Assembly (NCBI RefSeq): GCF_002113885.1
Contig: NW_018408761.1
Coordinates: 997,580 to 1,061,579, forward strand
Source of the DNA: Mizuhopecten yessoensis
Lineage: Eukaryota
Length of the DNA: 64,000 nt
Direction of reading: 5' to 3'
Positions 55,606 to 64,000 of the stretch are shown one piece after another. Position numbers and translations under genes: made by a program. The notes under the pieces are model-generated. The model did no database searches, was not told the origin of the DNA, and was given only the letters and a program-made list of their open reading frames with translations. Position 1 is the first letter of the stretch, and each line of letters begins with the position of its first letter.

Positions 55606-55640
55606 GTGAAGCAGCTCCCTCCTCAGTTCCTGCGATGTAA
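55606..55640 (+). CDS. PARP4: PARP4-like exon 33 (mini-exon; donor choice uncertain)
   Basis: Acceptor TTCTATTGTTACAG|. VKQLPPQFLRC(N) using donor TAA|GTATGA (ends 55640, phase 2). An alternative frame, (C)EAAPSSVPA(I), uses donor GAT|GTAAGT (ends 55636). It is also phase-consistent if exon 32 ends at 54293. Confidence 0.55.
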
Positions 55641-55733
55641 GTATGACAATGTTGAAGTTGGACTGTCTAAAGAAATATTAAACTTACTTATTGAAGAAAT
55701 GAAGAAAACTATTAAGAAAATCAATTTTGTGGT

Positions 55734-56228
55734 TTTTAGCTCACCTGGCCCCTTGGCCCATGCCGTGGTGCGGCATCCGGCGTCAATATTTTACTTTAAA
55801 CAACTTCTCAATAACCAAAAGGCCCTAGGTACTGATATTGGGCCTGCAGCATGCTGGGATGAAGGGCTACCAAGTTTGTTCAAATGAATGACCTTGACCC
55901 ACTTTCAAGGTCACAGGAGTCAAATATCTTAAAATCTTCAAACAACTTCTTCTCAATAACCAAAAGGCCCAGGGTACTGATATTGGGCCTGTAGCATGCT
56001 GGGATGAAGGGCTACCAAGTTTGTTCAAATGAATGACCTTGACCCACTTTCAACCCAATATCCTTGTTCGACATTCAAGGTCACAGGCGTCATATGTTTA
56101 AATCTTGTAATAGGATCTTATGAATCAAACACTGATATTCTGCCTGTAGCTGTATTTTAGTCCACTCTTAAGATTACAAGTGTGAAATAATACCAGGTGA
56201 GCGATGCAGGCCCATTGGGCCTCTAGTT
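55734..56228 (+). mobile_element. Family A composite element, about 94 bp after exon 33
   Basis: Head TTTTTAGCTCACCTGGCCCCTTGGCCCATGCCGTGGTGCGGCATCC. About 120-bp units as in 20571-21494. Tail ACCAGGTGAGCGATGCAGGCCCATTGGGCCTCTAG. Confidence 0.65.
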
Positions 56229-56956
56229 TTTAGGTCACTTGAGCTTAAGCTCAATTGACCTATTGTTATCCGTCTTTGTCCGTCGTCTTCCGTCGTGCGT
56301 CGTCAGTCGTGTGTCGTCATTTTACATTTTCAACTTAAGCTGAAATACTGGCAAAGGGATTTCATTAATATTTCATGGGAAGTTTACTGACATTTTCCAG
56401 ACAAAGTGTTAATATTTTTCGGGTCAATCAGAAATCCAATATGGCCACCACGTCTGCTATTTTGAAAAACTATTTCAAACTTAAAGTCAAGTTCTGCTAA
56501 GCCGATTGAACTGAAACTTTGTCGGAATGATCGACTCATGGTCCTGACAAAGTATTGTTATTTTTCGGGTTGATCCGAAATCTGATATGGCCGACATGGC
56601 CGCCATTTTGAAAAACTCTTTCAAACTTAAAGTCAAGTTCTACTGGGCCGATTGAACTAAAACTTAATAGGAATGATCGACTCATGGTCCTGACAAAGTG
56701 TTGTTATTTTTCGGGTCGATCAGAAATCCAATATGGCCACCAAGGCCGCCATTTTGAAAATAACTATTTCAAACTTAAAGTCAAGTTCTGCTAGGCCGAT
56801 TTAACTGAATCTTTTTAGGAATTATTGACTCATGGTCCTGACAAACTTAAGTTAACGTTATACTTAACTATTTTTTACTCAAATTGGTACATATTTCAAC
56901 AACAAAAATAAATACTGTAGGACTCGGGTGACCGTTAAGGCCCATGGGCCTCTTGT
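56229..56956 (+). mobile_element. Family B composite element directly abutting the previous element
   Basis: Head TTTTTAGGTCACTTGAGCTTAAGCTCAATTGACC. About 131-bp units, about 3.5 copies. Tail CTCGGGTGACCGTTAAGGCCCATGGGCCTCTTGTT. Confidence 0.65.
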
Positions 56957-57305
56957 TATAATTATGTTTTAAGTACAATAATGCATACAGAAGTATTTTG
57001 TTTTCTTTTATTATCTTTTAGGATAGCTATTTAAATGTTTTGTTCATGAGTAACTGTAATGGAAACCAGCCTTCAGGAGAATATTCTCTTATTTATTTGC
57101 TTTTTATTACAAGGGCTTCTGTATACCACTAGGTATCCTCCTTAAACCTAGAAGAAGAATGTAATACTTCGATGTATAATGGATATTCGATTTCTACACT
57201 TGATTTCAACTCATTAATTATTGGAAACATTACAGAATTCTGCTGCTGATATATCACACATTAAATCAAATTGAATTAAATTTGAATGCAAAATTCACTT
57301 TCAGT

Positions 57306-57393
57306 TGTGAGGATGTCGGGATCTGGAAAGGCATTGTACGAAAGATTTCAAAAGTCCCTAACACTGAGGATCTCCTGCAACACATTAATACGG
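57306..57393 (+). CDS. PARP4: PARP4-like exon 34 (C-terminal vault-interaction-like region)
   Basis: Acceptor AAATTCACTTTCAG|. (N)CEDVGIWKGIVRKISKVPNTEDLLQHINT (compare vertebrate ..WQDAVPWTELLSLQTED). Donor ACG|GTACAG, phase 0. The other frames hit stops here or in exon 35. Confidence 0.7.
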
Positions 57394-57418
57394 TACAGAA
57401 ATAGTTAGTCTTGTTTTT

Positions 57419-58000
57419 TATGCCCCCACCATAAAATGGGGAGGCATATATAGTGTTACCCATGTCTGTCCCGTCGCGTCCCGTCCCGTCCCGATTCAAT
57501 GTAAACACTTGGCAGCTTCATTCTTCGACAGATTTTGGTCAAACTTTATACAAAGGTCAAGTATGAGTATACTTCGGACATCGTTTTATTTCAGGGATCC
57601 AAGGTCAAGGCCAAGATCACACTTGCTATATATAGAAAATCATCAACTGATACAATTTAAACACTTAGCAACTTCATTCTTTCAAGGATTTTGGTCAAAC
57701 TTTATGCAAAGGTCAAGTATGAGTATACTTCGGACATTGTTGTGTTTCAGGGTTCCAAGGTCAAGGCCCAGGTCAATGTTGCTATATATAGAAAATCATC
57801 TACTGATTAAATTTAAATGCTTAGCAACTTCATTCAATATGTTATGGAGATGGTAATAACATACAGAAAATACATATGAATATTAAAATCAACTTTAAGT
57901 GTAGTACCTTGTGTGTGTGCATGTTTCAGGGTATCAAGATCAAAGTGGTTGTAACTTTTTATAGAACACAGAAACTAATTTCACATGGCAGTGGGGGCAT
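57419..58000. mobile_element. TIR element (ATGCCCCCAC ... GTGGGGGCAT) with internal approximately 140-bp tandem units, starting about 26 bp after the exon 34 donor
   Basis: ATGCCCCCAC at 57421-57430 and GTGGGGGCAT at 57991-58000. The internal duplicated unit produces the repetitive ORF 57509-57856. Confidence 0.6.
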
Positions 58001-58426
58001 TTATGTCTTATAGACATTTTCTCGTTATAAGTAAGATACACTGAGAAATAGTTAGTCCATCTCACTTTTCAGTGAGGTACGTTAAGAAACAGGGTCACTA
58101 CCTGTGTTACTTATCAGTAAGGTACATCAAGAAGTATTTAGTCGGTCCTCAGTTGAGAAATAAAACACTCGATCCTACTGATTTAATGTGTTTACTGGTA
58201 TTAGATCACCTTGCCGATCAAGTGAGCATATGAAATGGAGAATTGTCCATCTTTCAAGTTTCATCTAAAACCTTATCTTGATCCGACTGCCCCGTATATA
58301 CTGTAAAACTTTAGAGCACTGATTGAAAGCAGACTTCAAGTTTGGTGCAATACAATGATCGGGTCTAGTGGAGAGGTCCTGCACTGGAAACTAACTCTTG
58401 AGTAACTCTGTAAAAGTCGCATTTTT

Positions 58427-58840
58427 GTGTCGCCTGCAACACGAGGCGACATATAGGTATTACTTTGTCTGCGTCGTCAGAAACAAGGTTTCGGTGTGAT
58501 AACTTGAGTTCCTTTGGGTTGATTGAACTCGACTTTGGTACACGTATGGCATACCAACAAAACTCAGACAGGTACGTATTTCAGAAGTTTACATGCATCT
58601 TTAGTGGAGTTATGCCCCTTTTATTGCCAGATAAGGGCATTGTGTTGTAAATTTATGCAAGAACTTTTTTATTTTATCAATTCCTTTCAAATTTTGTACG
58701 GTAATGCTAGAAGCAATAATGTTCAACATATATTATGGGTTTTTCTGTCGAGTTTCAACATTCCGCGTTTTGGCATATCTGTTTACGTGATAACTCAAGC
58801 CAAAACACTTTTCCTACTAAAAGCGCTGTGCAGGCGACAC
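58427..58840. mobile_element. MITE with TIR GTGTCGCCTGCAAC / GTGCAGGCGACAC, ending about 73 bp upstream of exon 35
   Basis: GTGTCGCCTGCAACACGAGGCGACAT at 58427 onward, versus ..GCTGTGCAGGCGACAC ending at 58840. Confidence 0.5.
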
Positions 58841-58913
58841 ATCCACTTCCGTGGAATTCTTGTTTATTTCTGTGTTGTTGGAAAATCATTTTGTATATTC
58901 TTGTGTTTCACAG

Positions 58914-59013
58914 GGACAATATTGGGAACTGACTCCAGAGCTGTGTCAAACCCTCGGTGTTTTCTACATCAAGGTCACCAACCAGCTGAAGCTACATGGC
59001 CTGTACTCCTTAG
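58914..59013 (+). CDS. PARP4: PARP4-like exon 35 (C-terminal vault-interaction-like region)
   Basis: Acceptor TTCTTGTGTTTCACAG|. GQYWELTPELCQTLGVFYIKVTNQLKLHGLYSL(G) (compare vertebrate DGFWKLTPELGLILNLNTNGLHSFLKQKGIQSLG). Donor TTAG|GTATGT, phase 1. Confidence 0.85.
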
Positions 59014-59576
59014 GTATGTATACAGACCCTTGAGGGTTCTCGTAATTATGTCACAATATACGTCTTTGGTCATACAGCTCACACGTCTTGAGCTCAATAT
59101 GGCTTGACATCCATCGTCTATCAGCCATCTGTCAACTTTTTATTTAAATGACTCCTTGTCCAGAAAAGTTAAACTGATTTCAATTAAATATGATGTGGAC
59201 AATTCCTTGTAAATGGGACTCAACATTGTATCAACTTAGTGTGTGGTTGTTTTGCCTACTTGCCAACTTTTTGAAATTTCCATGGGGGAGATAATGCATG
59301 CTCAGAATGAAAACCATTAATAAAATGTGTGTATCATCAGGTCATAGAAAATAGGTAGAGTTTAGCAAATTAAATGGTTAAAAATCATTTTTGGGTCCAA
59401 AATCGAGAGTCTCCCTCTAAAATAAGGAGAGTTGACAAGTATGCTTGTGGGGGCAGAGAGATGGGGCCTGATACAGGAAATAGAAGTTCAATTTTCAGAG
59501 GACTTCTCCTTCAGTATTAGTGAAGGGAATCAATTTTAAGTAATAAGTAATAAAGGATCCCTTGACCAAGGAGACT

Positions 59577-59801
59577 AGGGCTGCTTTCGTTAATCGCGAT
59601 TCGAAATGTTGAACAGGTTTGGACCATTGTTGTTCCTTTATGAAATAAGTCAGACCTAGTAATCTGATGCTGTTTTCAGGCGAGCTTTGACTATGCCTTG
59701 CAAGGCCTGCATTTATATTTGCAGGTCAGCCAGTATTTATACCTGAAAATGTCACATTTAAAAACAGACAAACCGATTGTTCCGCATAAACAAACAGGCC
59801 C
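59577..59801. mobile_element. MITE, second copy of the 23388-23567 family
   Basis: GGGCTGCTTTCGTTAATCG...TTTATGAAATAAGTCAGACCTAGTAATCTGATGCTG...TTGTTCCGCATAAACAAACAGGCCC. Confidence 0.55.
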
Positions 59802-60475
59802 TTATGTTTATTAAGGGAAGACTCTTGCTCCCTATGGGGACAGAGGGGTGGGTCCAGATACAGATAATAGGGGTTAAATCTTTAAAATACTAAGCCTCCA
59901 GTAGGAGGGAAACAGTTTTAATCCAATTTGCTTGAAATGATCTCTTGACCATGGAACTTAATACTATTGTAAAAGAAGGGTGTGGACCCCTTGGAGCAGA
60001 GAGGAGGGGCATACAATAGGGAAATATGGGGAATTCTTTTAAAATGTTATTTAAACAAATTGTTTGCCTGCCTTAACTTTTTTGGAACAATGGTGTGGGG
60101 CTCAATAGTGTAAACTAAGGTCAATTTGAACAATAAATACATAACAATGTTATATAAATACACAAAAGCATTCTGAGAATATAGAATAATCAGCTTTAAA
60201 TTGAAGTATGCTATTACAGTTCAGATAATCTTTGAATTACTGTATATTGTTCAATGCAGTTTAACTTAAGCCATTTTGCCCTCGGTAATGACAGCAAATT
60301 TATCATGACAGCAACTATTGATACACGCTATACTATACATAGCCATTGCATGAGAGGGCAAAAATAACACTTGGTGAAAAATTTTACAAGTAAATGGCGA
60401 CAGTTTCCCAGCTGTAAACAGTATGGTTTTACAGTATGAAATGTAGTCACTTGTAAAAATAAATCTGTGTTGTAG

Positions 60476-60843
60476 GAAGCCATGCTGCATCCTTAGGAGA
60501 AAACATGGTAGCAACATATCTTGTGGTCCTCAAGATAATACAGATCATTTACCAGCAGATGAACAGAAAACCACTGAAATTGGACCTGGCCGGATTTGCG
60601 TCTTTGGACTTGATGAACTGGACATTGAATTGTAACAATACCCTGTCCATCAAGTTAGATACTACGCGGTCAACAGGATGCTCAGCGGTGTTGTATCTCC
60701 ACAATGAAATATCAGGTGTTCACAAATGGTTGACCGAGAAGCGTGGTGAACATGAACGACTCTGTAGGCAGTTAGAACTAGGACATTCCTTACAAACTTT
60801 CACTTGGAACCTTTTCTGTGCTCTCAACGAAAAGCCAGTCTGA
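60476..60843 (+). CDS. PARP4: PARP4-like exon 36 (last coding exon)
   Basis: Acceptor AATCTGTGTTGTAG|. (G)SHAASLGENMVATYLVVLKIIQIIYQQMNRKPLKLDL...SAVLYLHNEISGVHKWLTEKRGEHERLCRQLELGHSLQTFTWNLFCALNEKPV. Stop TGA at 60841-60843. Compare vertebrate ..LLDLIATMLVLQFIRTRLEKEG...AFEAIKQASEWVRRTEGQYPSICPRLELGNDW. Confidence 0.85.
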
Positions 60844-61703
60844 TTGTTAAATTTTCATTTATATCCTTGAAAAGGAAGAAAGACATGCATATACATTTGA
60901 ACAAAACCTATGCAACTGAAATGGAAATCCTCGTGAAGTTTCAGATAATTCTGTTATTTAAAGTATGATGTTATAATGTTGGTTTGAGATCACAGAATGG
61001 TACTGTTGAGAGATTGTTCCTTTTTTTAATTGCAGTGATTGTGATAATGTAGTTTACAGTACAACATATCCTACATATAATCAGAGAGACCTCTCATTCG
61101 CATTGTTTGCATTAGAGCATGTTGTATGTATACATATAAACAACATGACAATCTTGTTTTTGTATAGTGATTACCGGTATCCCATATACATTTAAGTATA
61201 AATGTTTTATTATTTCCTTCTTGAATGTTCAGCTTATTTCAATTTACGTGATGTATTGTTTAACCATGCTAAAGATAGAAGCTGTATTTATATTGAAATG
61301 AACAGAGAAGATGAACTTAAGTTCCTGATGAATGAGCAAGGCCTGCAGCTTTAAGTAGCTTAGTGTATATATAGCATGATGCGTAGACCCAGGTTGCTAA
61401 GTATTTAAGTGTATATATATATTTGACTTAATACAATATCGTGGATATTATCTGATATATTAATTAATTTTAAGCATGTACATTTTAATATAACATCATC
61501 TTTTAGAATGTATTATCATAGGCCTATATAATATCTGATATATTTTAAGTGTGTACATTTCGTCATTTTTTTAGAGTGTCTCATAGGCCAACTATGGCCG
61601 GATGTTAATACATCATGATATATAATTAGAAATGAAGATATTTTAATTTTCCATTTTAAAATGTCATTGTTTTAGTATGTATTAACATGTGACATTATGA
61701 TAA

Positions 61704-61709
61704 AATAAA
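61704..61709 (+). terminator. Candidate AATAAA polyadenylation signal of the PARP4-like gene
   Basis: First canonical AATAAA I found after the stop codon (about 860 nt downstream), followed by a T/G-rich stretch (TTGTTTTGTATTGT). Confidence 0.3.
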
Positions 61710-62239
61710 TTGTTTTGTATTGTACTGGTCTGCAGATCATACATAGCAGTATACATTGAAGATTTAAAGATGAAATGGTATATTTTTTGGGAATTGTCAT
61801 GTCTGTATGAAGTGCAATAGGGTTTATATATGGCATCTATTTAGAATTTCAATACACTTACATGTAGTATAAGTATATAGTAGAGTATATTAGAATAAGT
61901 TTTGAATATGTCTGCAAGTCACTGCTTACCATTCTATTTAGTGTGTATGTACCGAGTAGTACCATTACATAACTACAAGCCTATTGTCTGTGATAAGATA
62001 CCATCAGGAGTCGCCCTCATCACAGTATACAGGGAACTTTTGGTACGTCACTAGTGAAGTCTATATTCGCCCATCAAAAATGTTACCCTTCACATGTTAT
62101 AATTATATATAATCAACTCACCGTTACCTCACCGTTGTCGACGCCATACCATTGATCTACGACTATACTATTGACACATCTACTGGTGTAACTGGTACAC
62201 ACTCCCGGTCTGTACCTCCCGCTCTGTAGCATGCGGGGC

Positions 62240-62640
62240 TAAAGTTGCCTGGGTGTTCCTTTCATGCACGGTTCAGTCTTGACTACCGTTCAATAAAGGC
62301 AGTGTTTACAATTTCAGGTGTTAGATTGTTCCAGAGTTCTTTAGTCACACGGTGTGAAAAAGCGTTTCCTCTTAGTTTTGTTCCAAAACGTTTTTTGTTG
62401 TGTCCTCTAGTGTTGTGCATGTTCTGTCCAGTCGCGAATATTGTGAATTTATCTACATTGGCCTCCACCAGACCGTTTATTTTATGGTGTGAATTAATAT
62501 TTGCTGTCAGGATAAATTTGCAGTCATTATGGACAGCTAAAAAGGCTAAAGTTAAACTGCTCCGAACATTTCCCGATATACAGTGTAACTGCTTAGGGAA
62601 TGAGAGTTGGAGGTACGTGTTGTAAATAGTTTATATCTTC
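62240..62640 (-). mobile_element. 3' fragment of a LINE-type retrotransposon
   Basis: The - strand ORF 62283-62468 reads ..NTRGHNKKRFGTKLRGNAFSHRVTKELWNNLTPEIVNTAFIER. This is a degenerate form of the common non-LTR ORF2 C-terminal pattern TRGH..KL.......R..FFS.RV...WN.LP..VV.A.S...F. Boundaries are approximate. Confidence 0.45.
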
Positions 62641-62689
62641 GGGGGCAAAGACTTAGGAAAAGGATTGTTAAATATAGCAGAACTGGACT

Positions 62690-62790
62690 GGGTCGATCTC
62701 GGCGACCAGGTAGCTCAGTTGGTATAGCGTCCGTCAAGAGTTCGGAGGTACTAGGGTTCGAACCCCAGTCTGGCCGTTGCATTTCAGACT
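62690..62790 (+). mobile_element. tRNA-derived SINE head (not a functional tRNA)
   Basis: GACCAGGTAGCTCAGTTGGTATAGCGTCCGTCAAGAGTTCGGAGGTACTAGGGTTCGAACCCCAGTCTGGCCG has A-box and B-box-like motifs. However, the D, anticodon and T stems are mismatched and position 33 is not T. Confidence 0.5.
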
Positions 62791-63532
62791 TTCTACTGTT
62801 ACACAGATATGATATACATTATGTTTCAGTTGTGTATCTTGTTATTATTATTATATAACATAATTGTGTGGAACCCAAACTACTTCAAACGAAATTATTC
62901 TAAGGTGCTTCATATTCAAGAAATGATGTACAGCATTCCACACAGAAGAGTGTGGGAACATCCTTACTGAAGCCCATCATACAACTTGATTCTCATTAGT
63001 GCCTTTGTGAGGGTGTGCGAGTGTGTATTAAAGGATGTATAGGTGTTCTGCTTGTTTTGCGTCAGTATTTTTAACAGCTCATTTATCATGCTTTAACAGT
63101 GGACTACTGCAGCATGGAAACCATAAAACTAACATACTACAGGTTTTATATTGTGTTACGGTTACAGAATTTGATGTGCAGTATTATTTTATACTAGTTG
63201 AAGGTTCAAAATATTAAGCACCATACTACAGTTTTGTAAAAACTTTTTTTCTGAGAATTATTCATCCAAAATAATATTCATGAAGGTTCAGATTCAAGAA
63301 GGAGCAAAAAGTTATATATGTTTAAATATTTTCTTAAAGGGGCATCACGGTGAAGTAACTTTATTTTTTGTCTTTTTTTCAAATACTACATAAACATATC
63401 AAGTGAGACTTCTTATGGAAAAAAACGATCGGATTTGGCTGAAATAGATTCATAAAAATGATTAAATCTAAGAAAATCATCGGTATTTCTACCTGTCTGA
63501 CCAACGTTTTGTTCAGGGATTTCCCTCTACTG

Positions 63533-63542
63533 GCGCATGCGC
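63533..63542. promoter_or_regulatory. GCGCATGCGC palindrome (NRF1-type motif), possible promoter of a gene continuing beyond the window
   Basis: Exact GCGCATGCGC. About 30 bp downstream lies CAAAATGACTGGCCGTGTGAA|GTAAGC (an ATG followed by a strong donor). Confidence 0.25.
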
Positions 63543-64000
63543 ATAGCACACCATTTCTTTGTAAACAAAATGACTGGCCGTGTGAAGTAAGCGAAAGAAA
63601 AGTGTTGTACCGTGTCAGCTACGAAACGAAAAGTTGCCAAATGGTCAAAAGATAGCGCAAGGAGTACGTTACGGTATCATTTTTGCAGGTGGGCAGTATT
63701 CAAAGGAGAAAATAACTGCCGTAGCAGTTAGTACGGTGCATGTATTCTTCCGGATAGCCGGTTAAGCTGAAATGGAATCGACAGAAATGCTAGCGCTGTT
63801 TATGTTATGAATAAATATCTAAAACTATTAAGCTCGCTAGTATCTTTGTCTGAGTTTGAACACAGATGAACTTAGTTTAATATGTTAATGGGCATGTATT
63901 GGAGAGAGTTTACTTTGTGTTTCTATAATTATACAGTGGTTTATGCGAAAGGAAGGGATAAGTGACTGGTTAGTTTGATTTTTCCATGAGGCCCTCCAAG

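Larger units (their letters stand above)
4780..60843 (+). other. PARP4: Coding span (ATG to stop) of a vault poly(ADP-ribose) polymerase / PARP4-like gene, 36 coding exons, about 2604 codons
   Basis: Exon peptides reproduce the PARP4 domain order: BRCT, PARP catalytic (His LMHAS, Tyr GIYFS, Glu DDEFVVY), VIT (IEAKYIFPLDD.AAVCGFEAFINGKHIVG), VWA (DMSNS), IRDYEDGIL and TSFVAIEE blocks, then a C-terminal W.LTPEL region. All 35 introns are modelled GT-AG with compatible phases. The summed CDS of 7815 nt is divisible by 3. Confidence 0.85.

Noticed and set aside
57509-57856. 115-codon + ORF (MAASFFDRFWSNFIQRSSMSILRTSFYFRDPRSRPRS...) in intron 34
   Set aside because: It is an internally duplicated peptide produced by the approximately 140-bp tandem unit of the TIR element 57419-58000. 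There is no splice-compatible context.
58523-59107. 194-codon + ORF spanning the MITE and exon 35 region
   Set aside because: It is in a different frame from the homology-supported exon 35 (GQYWELTPEL...). It runs through a MITE (58427-58840) and intron sequence.
62690-62790. tRNA-like sequence with A- and B-box motifs (possible tRNA gene); similar at 35921-36010
   Set aside because: The cloverleaf does not close: there are mismatches in the D, anticodon and T stems, and there is no T33. It is followed by a repeat-family body. I interpret it as a tRNA-derived SINE head.

Overview
Eukaryotic (metazoan) nuclear DNA. The repeat landscape suggests a bivalve mollusc, but I cannot verify that. It is not prokaryotic: I see no rRNA, no genuine tRNA, no CRISPR array and no operons. 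About 56 kb of the window is a single + strand gene, a vault poly(ADP-ribose) polymerase (PARP4)-like gene. I reconstructed it by hand as 36 GT-AG coding exons (4780-60843). The summed CDS is 7815 nt, about 2604 codons, and every intron phase is compatible. The domain order is BRCT, PARP catalytic (H-Y-E residues present), VIT, VWA (DxSxS), the conserved IRDYEDGIL / TSFVAIEE block, and a C-terminal region resembling the vault-interaction end of vertebrate PARP4. The unusual part is a frame-neutral block (exons 29-32, 3447 nt) between the conserved post-VWA block and that C-terminus. It encodes a ubiquitin-like domain ending in RLRGG, split by a 3.9 kb intron. It then has a 3081-nt exon that strings together five modules: an exact 17-residue copy of the histone H3 tail (A15-A31) next to a poly-Asp tract, about 10 RNA polymerase II CTD-type heptads ([14 protein letters not shown]), FG-nucleoporin-like GFSFG/GFNF repeats, 17 GGYGG decapeptides, and [14 protein letters not shown] repeats. 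Other content: an intronless coiled-coil gene on the - strand (1227-2519) with a CRE-type motif cluster at its 5' end. There is also a candidate 3-exon membrane-protein gene nested antisense in PARP4 intron 20. The introns are packed with non-autonomous mobile elements that carry internal tandem arrays, plus MITE/foldback elements, LINE 3' fragments and tRNA-derived SINE heads. One minisatellite was built from the 3' end plus splice donor of exon 23. All homology statements come from my memory of family sequences and by-eye alignment; no searches were run.
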